Shown: piece after piece, positions 8,710 through 18,122 of the stretch
How the letters are laid out: each line of letters starts with the position of its first letter
How positions within the stretch are numbered: position 1 is the stretch's first letter
Source of the DNA: Acidobacteriota bacterium
GTDB taxonomy: Bacteria > Acidobacteriota > Thermoanaerobaculia > Multivoradales > Multivoraceae
Length of the DNA: 64,000 nt
Direction of reading: 5' to 3'
Assembly (NCBI GenBank): GCA_039026915.1
Contig: JBCCLJ010000005.1
Span: forward strand, 9,654-73,653
The notes under the pieces: generated by a model
Database searches by the model: none
What the model was told of the DNA's origin: nothing
Seen by the model: the letters and a program-made list of their open reading frames with translations, nothing else
Made by a program: the position numbers and the translations under genes

Positions 8710-10293
8710 TCACGCCGCGCGCGTGAGATCGCGGGAAGGTTCGGACGAGACCCTTGTGGACTTGCGCGCTGGGACGAATGCGAAGCAAGCCGCCAGGAGC
8801 ACTGCCAGGACAAGAAGGGATGCATCGACCGGTAGAGACCTCACGAACCAGAAGTCCGCCGTCACGAGGTCGTAGGCTGCGATGCCTCCCAGAGCTGCGG
8901 CCGAGGCGAGCCCGCCGGCGCGCACCATGAACCGAAGGCGCGGCACGGCGAAGAGCAGCGCGACGTAGCCGACCCAGACGGCGAAGAAGACCGTCGCGGC
9001 CTGCAGGCCGCTGACCCGTGCCGCTCCGATCGAAACGCAGGTCGCGAGGACCTGGCCGATGCAGACGCCGAGGATGAGTCGCTCGAGGATCTGAAAGGAG
9101 CGCAGATCGGCGCGCTCTCGCCGGCGTCGTTCGAGCCACAGGTAGAGCCCGGAGCCGACGCAGAGGGTCAGAAGCAGCCCGGAGACGAAGTAGAGAAGCT
9201 TGAGAAAACCGCCACCGAACGTCCCGAAGTGGAGAAGCGACGTGAGGGACATCAGCCGGGCCCCGATGCCGCGTCCGTTGAACGTCTGGACGTAGAGAGT
9301 CTCGCCGGTGACGAGGCTGAGCCGGTGGCTTTCGGGGGCGTCGAGGGTGCGCTGCGGGGCTTCGGCGAGATCGAGGGTGATCTCGGCGGCCTGATCGCCG
9401 TAGTGGGTCAGCACGAGGCGACTGACTTCGTATCCCGGGTGTTGAGCTTCGAAGTCCTCGACCAGCGGTCCGATCGGCAGCATGTCTGCCGTTTCGCCGA
9501 CGAACTCCTGCGATTTTCCACTGAACGCCTCGACGGCCTTGTCGAGGTCTCCACCGAAGGCGCTGAGGACCATGACCGGCGCGAACAGGGTGAACAGCCC
9601 GAGCAGCGCCCCAGTGAAGGAGAGCATGCCGCCGAAGAGCAGGCTCCACGTACCGACCTGCTTGTGCAGATCGCTGAAGCTCATGCGCAGGCTGGGTCGC
9701 CAGCGCAACAGGAAGATCTCTCGCACCAGCTGGGGATGCGCGGCAACCCCGCTGATGATCGAGATCATCAGGAAGAGACCGGCAAAGCCGACGAGCATGC
9801 GGCCGATCACCGGCAGCTGGAGGTGGGTGTGCAGGCCCGTATGGAAAGACAGGGCCGATTCGCCGACTTCGATCTGCTCGCCGTTCGCAGGGTCCCAGTG
9901 CTTGTAGTGCCACTTGCCGTCTTCGAAGAAGCTTGCAGACAGCGTCGGATGACTCTCTGACGGCAGCTCCAGGAAGACGCGGCTGTCGGTCCGCTGCGCC
10001 TCTTCCCCGCCCTCTTCACCCGGGGCGGGCGACGGTTCGGCTCTCGCTCGAGGATCCACTTCGGCCATGGCCAGAGCGACCAGGTCGCCGATCGGCTGAG
10101 GGTTCGATGCCGGCTCGAGGCGCAGCTCCGGCTGCTCCCAGGTCGCGAGCTCGTGCTCGACGATGGCGACCGAGCCCGAAAGGCAGACGACGAAAATGAC
10201 CAGGCCGGCGACGATGCCTGTCCAGGAGTGGAGGTCGTAGTGCAGCTTGTACTGCCGCTTGGAGATGCCGAAGGGGCCTACCTTTTTGCTCAT
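8710..10293 (-). CDS. PepSY-associated TM-helix protein (PiuB-like iron-regulated membrane protein family)
   Basis: 527 aa. N-terminus SKRQYKLHYDLHSWTGIVAGLVIFVVCLSGSVAIVEHEL is typical of the PepSY_TM family. Several further TM segments and a LHFGTFGG motif near the C-terminal part. Confidence 0.8.
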   Translation of the reverse strand: MSKKVGPFGISKRQYKLHYDLHSWTGIVAGLVIFVVCLSGSVAIVEHELATWEQPELRLEPASNPQPIGDLVALAMAEVDPRARAEPSPAPGEEGGEEAQRTDSRVFLELPSESHPTLSASFFEDGKWHYKHWDPANGEQIEVGESALSFHTGLHTHLQLPVIGRMLVGFAGLFLMISIISGVAAHPQLVREIFLLRWRPSLRMSFSDLHKQVGTWSLLFGGMLSFTGALLGLFTLFAPVMVLSAFGGDLDKAVEAFSGKSQEFVGETADMLPIGPLVEDFEAQHPGYEVSRLVLTHYGDQAAEITLDLAEAPQRTLDAPESHRLSLVTGETLYVQTFNGRGIGARLMSLTSLLHFGTFGGGFLKLLYFVSGLLLTLCVGSGLYLWLERRRRERADLRSFQILERLILGVCIGQVLATCVSIGAARVSGLQAATVFFAVWVGYVALLFAVPRLRFMVRAGGLASAAALGGIAAYDLVTADFWFVRSLPVDASLLVLAVLLAACFAFVPARKSTRVSSEPSRDLTRAA

Positions 10294-10318
10294 GATGACG
10301 ATCCTCGGAGTTCGGGGC

Positions 10319-10648
10319 TCAAGGCTTGAGAAAGATGTAGCCGGCAGCGGCCAAGAGGAGCAGCGAGACGAGCGAGATCAGGGCTCTCTTCCACGCCCTC
10401 TTTCCGGTCCGGGCGAAGAGAATCCAGATCATGGCGATCGGCATGGCCAGCGTCGCCGCCAGTCCCCCCTGGAGGGCCTGGTCGAGGCCGTCGTACCCGG
10501 GAACCCAGAGCGTGACGACCAGGCCGGTCGCGACGCCGACGAGGAAACCACCGATCAGTGACGCGCTGATGCGGCCCCGCCAACCGACCTCGATGTCGGT
10601 GTCGGTGGGGCCGGAGGGAGTGGCCAGGACGCGCTCGGGACCCGTCAT
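10319..10648 (-). CDS. small membrane protein, DUF3649-like
   Basis: Start at the internal ATG 10646-10648, which overlaps the upstream gene stop (ATGA). Three hydrophobic segments. IAMIWILFARTGKRAWKRAL resembles DUF3649 proteins that accompany PepSY genes (family assigned from memory). Confidence 0.5.
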   Translation of the reverse strand: MTGPERVLATPSGPTDTDIEVGWRGRISASLIGGFLVGVATGLVVTLWVPGYDGLDQALQGGLAATLAMPIAMIWILFARTGKRAWKRALISLVSLLLLAAAGYIFLKP

Positions 10649-10983
10649 AGCGAGGTCCCCACGGCGACGGCGGCGAGCACCAGCGTGCTGAGGCCGAAGA
10701 AGCCCACGGTGCGCTGTGCCAGCTTCGGAAAGAGGCTGAGCCAGGCCGTGACGAAGGAGGCTCCGAGCCCGAGTGCGAGTGCCCACCAGGGCAGCGCGCG
10801 CGGCCAGCCGAGGGCCGCAAGGTAGCCCGCGAGAGAGAGCGCGAGCGCGGTCCATCCGAGCCGTGAGAGCCAGGTAGGAGCACGCTTGGAACTCGACCCG
10901 GTGCGCTTCCAGTTGGCCGTCGTCGAGGAGGCGAGAGCGCTCAAGGCGAAGACGACCGCAGAGGTCGCCGCGACGGCGGTCAA
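10645..10983 (-). CDS. small membrane protein, DUF3325-like
   Basis: TTG start at 10983. The pattern LSRLGWTALALSLAGYLAALGWPRALPWWALALGL resembles DUF3325 proteins found next to PepSY/PiuB genes (from memory). First gene of a three-gene minus-strand operon. Confidence 0.5.
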   Translation of the reverse strand: MTAVAATSAVVFALSALASSTTANWKRTGSSSKRAPTWLSRLGWTALALSLAGYLAALGWPRALPWWALALGLGASFVTAWLSLFPKLAQRTVGFFGLSTLVLAAVAVGTSL

Positions 10984-11075
10984 GGTTCGCGCCTCGTCGG
11001 CGCGCCGGTGCTGATCATTGGCCGATCTTGGACCAGATCGGTCCTCTTTTCAACGGACCAGCGCCTGCGGCCCTG

Positions 11076-12443
11076 CTACTTGACGAGTCGCGTGTCGGGG
11101 TACGCGGCGCGCCAGCCGAACCAGAAGGCGCGCTGCGCCGAGAAGCGCTCGAGAGTGCGTCCGTCCGTCGAGGTCAGGCCGGCTTCGCTCAGCGTCCACT
11201 CGTTGCCCTCGACGTCGGTCGCCGTCTGATCGCGATCCCACTTCTTGAATTTCAGCCCGCCGGTCTCGTAGGCGCGGTTGCCGCCGGTGCGATCGGTGAG
11301 GACGACGAAATCGGTGCCGTTGAGGGTGTCGTGGTAGACGGGCTGCTTGTTGAGGAACTTGGCGGAGATCGCCAGGGACTCTTTCTCTCCGGTCCTCGGA
11401 ATGAAGGTGAGTACCTCGTCCTTGTTCTTGAGCCGCTTGTCGCTGTCCGGCACGTTGAACATCAGCTCGTCGGTGGCGAAGTACTCCTTGTAGGCGACGC
11501 CCTCGCCGTAGTCCCGGTCGTAGCCGGTGTCGAGCGACAGCACCTTGGTGTCTGGATGACGGCGCTTCCACTCCTTCCAGCGGGTCGTGACGACGCTCCC
11601 GGGGCGCAGCTGAATGTCCTTGCCGACGAGCGGTCCGATGACCGGCGAGCCGGCCATCGTGCTCCAGAGCGTCTGCGTCGCCTTGTCGAACATGAGCTTG
11701 TTCGAGCGGTAGAGGAAGCCGCTCGTGCCGAGTTCGTGGTTCGTTCCCTCGAATTCGGTCTCGTACAGGATGACGGTGCCACACAGCGTGCAGTAGACGC
11801 CGGCCACCGGGACGCCGCCGACGGTGTCGACGAACATCTCGTGCCAGGCCAGGATGCGCTTCGGATAGGCCCGTGCGTCACCGTTGACTTCGATGCCGAA
11901 GACGACGTTGGCGTCCTGCATGTAGGTCGCCTCGTCAGCGTTGATCATCTTCGGTGATCGCAACGGGGGGATGCCGTCCTGCTTGACGCCGCCCCAGCGC
12001 ACTTCATCGAGGCGGATGGTCGACGTCCTCTCGGTGTCGAAGTAGCCGCCGAAGAGCGGATCCAGATTGCTGTACAGCTGGCTCTTGAACTCGGCGTAGT
12101 CGGGGTGCAGCTCCGGCGGCTTCGACCAGATCCACTCGTACCACTCGTCGAGCTCGTTGCCGATCTGCTGTCCCGTCTGCTGGCGGAGAGCGCGCATGCC
12201 GAGTTTCTGCACGTCCGGCTGCCGCGAGAACCTCAGGACCTCGACCATCATGACCGCGAAGCCAGGGTGCCAGTTCTTGGAGATGCGCTGGATCGCCGCG
12301 GGGCGCTGCGCGACGTCGCCGACGAGCAGGGACAGAAATTCGGCGGAGGGGTCGAAGTCGGCCTCGGCAGCGTCGACGGTCGGAGCCGTGAGGAGCAGGA
12401 GAGCGAGGCAGAGGATCGAGGGCAAGAGTCGGGTGTGGGTCAT
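11076..12443 (-). CDS. DUF3179 domain protein (secreted)
   Basis: Signal peptide MTHTRLLPSILCLALLLLTAPTVDA. Core DGIPPLRSPKMINADEATYMQDANVVFGIEVNGDARAYPKRILAWHEMFVDTVGGVPVAGVYCTLCGT is the DUF3179 signature. Confidence 0.8.
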   Translation of the reverse strand: MTHTRLLPSILCLALLLLTAPTVDAAEADFDPSAEFLSLLVGDVAQRPAAIQRISKNWHPGFAVMMVEVLRFSRQPDVQKLGMRALRQQTGQQIGNELDEWYEWIWSKPPELHPDYAEFKSQLYSNLDPLFGGYFDTERTSTIRLDEVRWGGVKQDGIPPLRSPKMINADEATYMQDANVVFGIEVNGDARAYPKRILAWHEMFVDTVGGVPVAGVYCTLCGTVILYETEFEGTNHELGTSGFLYRSNKLMFDKATQTLWSTMAGSPVIGPLVGKDIQLRPGSVVTTRWKEWKRRHPDTKVLSLDTGYDRDYGEGVAYKEYFATDELMFNVPDSDKRLKNKDEVLTFIPRTGEKESLAISAKFLNKQPVYHDTLNGTDFVVLTDRTGGNRAYETGGLKFKKWDRDQTATDVEGNEWTLSEAGLTSTDGRTLERFSAQRAFWFGWRAAYPDTRLVK

Positions 12444-12704
12444 GAGCTCTCCGATGGGGGCGTCGAGTGGCGCGAGGGGAGGGGGGCTTTCAAGGACGTC
12501 TTACGGCGCCGGTGGCCCTTCCGGATTGACCGATTCTGCTCGCGTTTGGATCGTTCGGTGGATCCGAGTCGCTTCCGCTGCGCGCCGGCGCAGCAACTTT
12601 TCGAGGCGGATGTCGTAGGATATTGACAGTGTCAAGATTGAGTCCGGCGGCGACTCGCTGCTCGCTCTGGAGACCGCGCTCCTCAACTCAGGAGGCCTCG
12701 AACG

Positions 12705-14285
12705 ATGTCCAACAGATTCTTTTCTCTCTCGCACCGCACTGGAGTCGGCCTGCTCGCCGCATTCGTCGCGCTCCCCGCTGTGGCCTCGAACGGAGCCACG
12801 ATGGACCGTCCGACCTTTGTCGACGACATTGCACCACTGCTGCACGAGAACTGCAGTAGCTGTCATCAGCCCGACGAAATCGGTCCCATGGCGCTGCGCA
12901 GTTACGACGAGGTGCGTCCGTGGGCCAAGTCGATCGCCAAGGCGGTCAAGAACCGCGATATGCCGCCGTGGGATGCCGACCCTGGCTTCGGACCTTTCAC
13001 CAACGACATCAGCCTCTCGGAAGAGCAGATCGACACCGTGGTGCGATGGGTGGACGCCGGTGCACCGCGCGGTGACGGCGACGAACCGGCGTGGCAACCG
13101 CCGGAGACAGCGGGGGAGTGGCAACTCGGCGAGCCCGACTGGGTCTATGAGTTCGACAGCTACGACGTCGCCGCCGACGGTCCCGATCAGTTCAAAGTCG
13201 TGCCGATCCCGACGGGCTTCGAAGAAGACCGCTGGATCAAGGCCGTCGAAGTTCTGCCGGGGGACCCCTCCGTCGTGCATCACTTCATCCTCTGGCGCGC
13301 CGACGAGAGCAACAGCAACCAGGACGCCTGGCTCGCCGGTTGGGCGGCCGGTGCGCCTCCGGGAGTCTTTCCCGAGAAGACCGCACGCCTCCTCCCCAAG
13401 GGCCGCAATCTGCTGGGCGACTTCCACTACCACCCGACGGGCAACGCTGCGAGCGACAAGACCCGTATCGGCCTGCACTTCGCGGATCCCGAAGAGATCG
13501 ACAAGGAGTTCGTGAACCTCTGGATTCTCAATGCCAGCTTCAAGATCCCGGCGGGCGATCCGAACTACCAGGCCAAGGCCTCCTACGTCTTCCCGCAGGA
13601 CGTCGTCGTGCGCTCGCTCGCGCCGCACATGCATTACCGCGGCAAGGACATGAAGTACACGGCCTACTACCCGAACGGCACGGTCGAGGAGCTGCTCAGC
13701 GTGAGTCGCTACGACTTCAACTGGCAGGGCGGTTACGACTTCGAGGAGCCTCGACATATGCCGGCAGGTACCAAGGTCGAGGTCGTCGCGCACTGGGACA
13801 ACTCTCCGGACAACCCTCATAACCCGGATCCCACCGTCGACGTCACGTGGGGCGTCGAGTCCGAGGACGAAATGCTCATCGGCTTCCTCGACTACACGGT
13901 CGTGGAGGGTGTGAGTCCGAAGCCCGTCAGCCTGGTTCTCGGCAAGCTCGCCGAGCTCTCCGAGGAGTTCCCGGGTGAGGTCTGGCGCTTCGACGCCGTG
14001 CGCACGCCCGGAGGCGAGCCCGAGCCCATGGCGGTGCATCTGCCGAAGGACGGCTCTGCCGGCGGCTGGTACGTGCAGATGGGCACTCTCGTCCTGCCGG
14101 CGCCGATCCAGGAGGTCGTCTGGGAAGGCAACACGGTGACCGCCAAGGCGATGATCCCCGGCCAGACGATGGAGATCGAGGGGCAGCTGCAGGACGATGG
14201 CTTTCTCGACCTGTCGATGGGCGGCGGAACCATGAAGGGCAGCCCCGCGGAGCTCGAGGCCAAGCGCCAGATTCCGCAAGGTTGA
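12705..14285 (+). CDS. secreted fusion: mono-heme cytochrome c domain + PHM/DBH-like copper type II monooxygenase fold
   Basis: AGGAGG lies 10 nt upstream of ATG 12705, followed by a signal peptide. CSSCH at 12852-12866. Copper-site-like ligands appear in the PHM order: VVHHFILW (13278-13283), FHYHPTG (13425-13433), HMHYRGKDM (13626-13634), SEDEMLIGF (Met codon 13872-13874). Confidence 0.65.
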   Translation: MSNRFFSLSHRTGVGLLAAFVALPAVASNGATMDRPTFVDDIAPLLHENCSSCHQPDEIGPMALRSYDEVRPWAKSIAKAVKNRDMPPWDADPGFGPFTNDISLSEEQIDTVVRWVDAGAPRGDGDEPAWQPPETAGEWQLGEPDWVYEFDSYDVAADGPDQFKVVPIPTGFEEDRWIKAVEVLPGDPSVVHHFILWRADESNSNQDAWLAGWAAGAPPGVFPEKTARLLPKGRNLLGDFHYHPTGNAASDKTRIGLHFADPEEIDKEFVNLWILNASFKIPAGDPNYQAKASYVFPQDVVVRSLAPHMHYRGKDMKYTAYYPNGTVEELLSVSRYDFNWQGGYDFEEPRHMPAGTKVEVVAHWDNSPDNPHNPDPTVDVTWGVESEDEMLIGFLDYTVVEGVSPKPVSLVLGKLAELSEEFPGEVWRFDAVRTPGGEPEPMAVHLPKDGSAGGWYVQMGTLVLPAPIQEVVWEGNTVTAKAMIPGQTMEIEGQLQDDGFLDLSMGGGTMKGSPAELEAKRQIPQG

Positions 14286-14315
14286 CCCCCCGGGGCAGAC
14301 CCCGACGAGACCTTT

Positions 14316-14349
14316 GGGCCGAGGAGTTGTTTCAGCTTCTCGGCCCTTT
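14316..14349 (+). terminator. rho-independent terminator after 12705..14285
   Basis: GGGCCGAGGAG-uuguuucag-CUUCUCGGCCC forms an 11-bp stem with one G.U pair, followed by TTTCCT. Confidence 0.6.
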
Positions 14350-14474
14350 CCTCGTCTGTCCACGGCGACCTATCCCAAGTCCGTCCTCATTTATTTACGA
14401 TCGTGCATACTGGAAAGCAACGTTCAAGGGGGCGGTCCGAGCTCGCGTGAGGGCGCCGTCCGCGGGGAGAGTGG

Positions 14475-15182
14475 ATGCGAAGACGAGCCTGTGGTCAGAG
14501 AGAGTCTTGGTCGCTCCTCGTTTGCACGTTGGCCGTCGTCGCCCTCGCGCTGCCGCTCGCCGGCTGCGACGACGACGATCTTTTCGACCCGTTCGACGTC
14601 ACCGGCAACGGACGCATCCGCAGCGAGTTCCGTGACGTGCGCAACTTCGACGGCGTCGCGCTGCTCGGCGTCGGCGACCTGGAGATCGTCCAGAGCGGCC
14701 AGGAGTCGCTGATCATCACCGCGGACGAGAACCTGCTCGACCGACTCTCGTCAGACGTCTTCGGAGGCGAGCTGGTCCTCTCCGTCGATTCGAATCGTGA
14801 GATTCTGCCGTCGCGCACGATCGAGTACCGAGTCGAGGCGATCGATCTCGTGTCCGTTGCGCTCGTGGGCGTGGGCGACGTCGACGTTCGTTCCGTCGAT
14901 ACGGCGGAGCTCTTCATCGATCTCGCGGGGATCGGCGACGTCGATGTCCGGGGAGTTGCCGACTTCCAGGAGATCCGCATCACCGGCGTCGGCGACTACG
15001 ATGCGCCGAACCTTGCGAGTGCCGAGGTCGATGTCGATCTCACGGGGCCCACGCGGGTGACCGTCAGAGTTCGCGATCGCCTGACCGGGACTGTCGGAGT
15101 GAACTCCGAGTTGGAGTACTTCGGGGATCCGATCGTCGACGTCGACGGCGGCGGACGCGTACGACGACTCGGGCCTTTCTGA
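14475..15182 (+). CDS. DUF2807 (GIN-domain, putative auto-transporter-adhesin head) lipoprotein
   Basis: Lipobox LPLAGC. Pattern GNGRIRSEFRDVRNFDGVALLGVGDLEIVQSG...LIITADENLLDRL, then repeated VGDVDV/IGDVDV/VGDYDA strands, typical of DUF2807. Confidence 0.7.
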   Translation: MRRRACGQRESWSLLVCTLAVVALALPLAGCDDDDLFDPFDVTGNGRIRSEFRDVRNFDGVALLGVGDLEIVQSGQESLIITADENLLDRLSSDVFGGELVLSVDSNREILPSRTIEYRVEAIDLVSVALVGVGDVDVRSVDTAELFIDLAGIGDVDVRGVADFQEIRITGVGDYDAPNLASAEVDVDLTGPTRVTVRVRDRLTGTVGVNSELEYFGDPIVDVDGGGRVRRLGPF

Positions 15183-15372
15183 TTCATGTGGACGATTGTG
15201 GCGGCGGTGCTCGAGCAGCACGGCTTCGAGATGCAGTGGCCGCCGAACCTCGACGTCGTCGACGGTCTGCTGCGCTGCTTCGATCGTCCGTACGCAGAGG
15301 CCTACGGCGCAAGCTGTCGACGTCCCTGAGCGCCTGACGCGGCTCGCCGCGGAGCTACGGTAGTCTCGCGCC

Positions 15373-17979
15373 TTGTCGTTGCAAAGCCATATCGAGCGTC
15401 GCAAGCGCTGGGCGAGTCCGGGGTTCAAGGCCTCGCTACTCGGACTGCTTGCGTTGGGAGGCTGCCACTTGTCGACCGACACCGATCCGTCTCGCCCCGA
15501 GACGGGCGTGCCGTTGGTGCTGGCGCAGGAGCGTGCGTCCCGCATTAGCGACCTACACTACGAACTTCGGCTACGCCTCGAGAAAGACCCCGGCCAGCCG
15601 ATCCTCGGGAGCTCGACGATTCGCTTCGCGATCGCCGAGACGGGCCGACCCATCTACCTCGACTTCGCGCCGGAGATCGGTGGCCGCGGGCGCGCGGAGT
15701 CCTGGGTCAGCTCACTGACGGTCAACGGTGAGGCGGTCGAGCCTGTGCACGAAAGCGAGCACGTCGAGCTCCCTGCGCAGGCGCTGCGCTCGGGAACGAA
15801 CGAGGTCGTGATCGACTTCGTTGCGGGCGACACCTCGCTCAACCGTCAGGAGGACTTCCTCTACACGCTCTTCGTTCCGGATCGCGCTCGGACCGCCGTT
15901 CCGATCTTCGATCAGCCGGATCTGAAGGCGCGGTACACGCTGTCGCTCGACGTGCCCGCTGGCTGGGAAGCAGTAGCGAACGGCGCGGAGGTCGGTCGCC
16001 GTGAGACCGGCGAGCGCATCGCGCTCGAGTTCGCCGAGACGCTGCCGATTCCGACGTATCTCTTCGCTTTCGCTGCCGGGAAGTTCGAGGTTGCGGTCGC
16101 GGAGCGTGCCGGGCGCACGCTGAGGCTTCTGCATCGCGAGTCGGACGCCGAAAAAGTCGCTCGCAACCTCGAGACCGTCTTCGATCTGCACGGAACCGCT
16201 CTCGAGTGGCTCGAGGACTACACGGGCATCGACTACCCGTTCGCAAAGCTCGACGTCGCGCTGATCCCGGCCTTCCAGTACGGCGGTATGGAGCACGTGG
16301 GCAGCATCTTCTATCGCGACCGCAGCCTCTTTCTCGACGACACGCCGACGCAGAGCGACCTGCTTGGCAGGGCCAGTCTGATCGCGCACGAAGTTGCTCA
16401 CATGTGGTTTGGCAACCTCGTGACGATGACCTGGTTCGACGACGTCTGGCTCAAGGAGGTCATGGCGAACCTCTTCGCCGCGAAGATCGTGCATCCCTCC
16501 TTTCCCGAGGTCGACCACGATCTGCGTTTTCTTCTGGCGCATCACCCGCGGGCCTATGGCGTCGATCGCACGGCGGGTGCGCATCCGATTCGTCAGGAGC
16601 TCGACAACCTTGCCGAGGCGGGAAGCCTCTACGGCGCGATCATTTACCAGAAGGCGCCGATCGTCCTGCGGCAACTGGAGGAGCGCCTCGGCGAAGAGCG
16701 CTTTCGCGCCGGACTGCGTCGCTACCTCGAACGCTACTCCTACGGCAATGCAACCTGGCAGGAGCTCGTCGCTGCCCTGGCGGAGGGAAGCGAGCTCGAT
16801 CTTTCGGCCTGGAGCAACGCGTGGGTCAGTGAGCCGGGACGCCCGCAGGTCGCCGTCGAGCGCAGCGGCCCGGTGGCCACTCTGCGCCCGAATGATCCAG
16901 GCGGTCGATCGCGTTCCTGGCCGCAGAGCTTCAGCGCCGCGACCGTAGCGCCCTCGGGAGAATTGGGGGCCCTGCAAGCGGTCGAGATCGACGCGGAGAG
17001 CGTCCGTGTGGACGCGCCGCTTTCGGACGCCCTGCTGCCCGACGCGACGGGCCTCGGCTACGGCGACTTCGTTCTCGACGAGGCCAGCCGAGCCTTCTTT
17101 CTCGAGGAACTCCAGGAGGTGCAGAGTCCGCTGGCGCGCGCGAGCGCCTGGCTCGCTCTCTGGGACGACATGCAGGAAGGAAGAGTCGCGCCGGAGCGCC
17201 TGCTCGCCGTGGCTCTCCGCGCGGTGGAGGAAGAGTCGAACGAGCTCTTGCTGTCCCGGATTCTGGGAGACCTGCGCGAGCTCTACTGGCGCTTCTTGAA
17301 CCGCGAGGAACGGCAGCGTCTGGCGCCGGAGCTCGAACGCGCTCTCTGGGAGCGCGTCGAGACCGACCGTCGGGCCACCGTCAAGAGCAGCGTGCTGCGT
17401 GCCTATCGTGATCTTGCACTCACCGACGAGGCCACGGCGCGGCTCGCCGAGCTGTGGCGGGGCTCCCTCGCCGTGCCGGGTGTGACGCTGTCGCCGTCCG
17501 ACCGTACGGCCCTGGTCGTCGCACTCTCGGTTCGGGCCCATCCTGACGCCAAATCGATGCTCGAGGATCAGCTGCGGCAGCTCGAGAACGTCGATCAGCG
17601 GAGGCGACTCGAGTTTCTGCGGGGTGCACTCTCGGCCCGCGCGGAGGATCGCACAGCCTTCTTTGCCAATTTGGCCGATCCAGCCGCTCGCGCTCGCGAG
17701 CCCTGGGTGCTCGAAGCGCTGCGCGCCCTGCATCATCCGCTGCGTGCGGAGAGCGCGATCCGATTTCTGCCAGAGGCTCTGGAGCTTCTCGAAGAGGTCC
17801 AGCGCACGGGAGACATCTTCTTTCCGCTTGGCTGGCTTTCGGGGAATCTCTCGGGGCACTCGTCTTCCGAGGCCGTTGAGGCCATCGACGCCTATGTCGC
17901 CGGTCACCCCGATCTTTCGCCGAAGCTCCTCGGCAAGCTGGAGCAGGCGGCCGATCCGGTGCGCCGCGCGGCGCGCTGA
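15373..17979 (+). CDS. M1 family zinc aminopeptidase (lipoprotein)
   Basis: HEVAHMWFGNLVTMTWFDDVWLKE is the HEXXH-X18-E motif. Exopeptidase-motif variant FQYGGMEHVG. Lipobox LALGGC near the N-terminus. TTG start at 15373 is uncertain. Confidence 0.85.
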   Translation: MSLQSHIERRKRWASPGFKASLLGLLALGGCHLSTDTDPSRPETGVPLVLAQERASRISDLHYELRLRLEKDPGQPILGSSTIRFAIAETGRPIYLDFAPEIGGRGRAESWVSSLTVNGEAVEPVHESEHVELPAQALRSGTNEVVIDFVAGDTSLNRQEDFLYTLFVPDRARTAVPIFDQPDLKARYTLSLDVPAGWEAVANGAEVGRRETGERIALEFAETLPIPTYLFAFAAGKFEVAVAERAGRTLRLLHRESDAEKVARNLETVFDLHGTALEWLEDYTGIDYPFAKLDVALIPAFQYGGMEHVGSIFYRDRSLFLDDTPTQSDLLGRASLIAHEVAHMWFGNLVTMTWFDDVWLKEVMANLFAAKIVHPSFPEVDHDLRFLLAHHPRAYGVDRTAGAHPIRQELDNLAEAGSLYGAIIYQKAPIVLRQLEERLGEERFRAGLRRYLERYSYGNATWQELVAALAEGSELDLSAWSNAWVSEPGRPQVAVERSGPVATLRPNDPGGRSRSWPQSFSAATVAPSGELGALQAVEIDAESVRVDAPLSDALLPDATGLGYGDFVLDEASRAFFLEELQEVQSPLARASAWLALWDDMQEGRVAPERLLAVALRAVEEESNELLLSRILGDLRELYWRFLNREERQRLAPELERALWERVETDRRATVKSSVLRAYRDLALTDEATARLAELWRGSLAVPGVTLSPSDRTALVVALSVRAHPDAKSMLEDQLRQLENVDQRRRLEFLRGALSARAEDRTAFFANLADPAARAREPWVLEALRALHHPLRAESAIRFLPEALELLEEVQRTGDIFFPLGWLSGNLSGHSSSEAVEAIDAYVAGHPDLSPKLLGKLEQAADPVRRAAR

Positions 17980-18122
17980 CGCCCGTCGGCGGTGCATTCG
18001 GCTCGCGGCTGCGTCGGCGGTCGGGCGTGGGAGAATAGCGCCAACGTAACCCCTGCCGGCCCTCGGGCTGCTCCTGCCTCTCTTCCGGACGGCTTCGACC
18101 GCCCGGGCCTTGGAGATCCTCT

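Noticed and set aside
11012-11019. Fur-box-like TGATCATT upstream of the DUF3325/DUF3649/PepSY operon.
   Set aside because: Only an 8-nt partial match to the 19-bp Fur consensus. The neighbouring inverted repeats (CCGATCT-N6-AGATCGG, about 11023..11042) are more simply explained as the terminator of the upstream DUF3179 gene.
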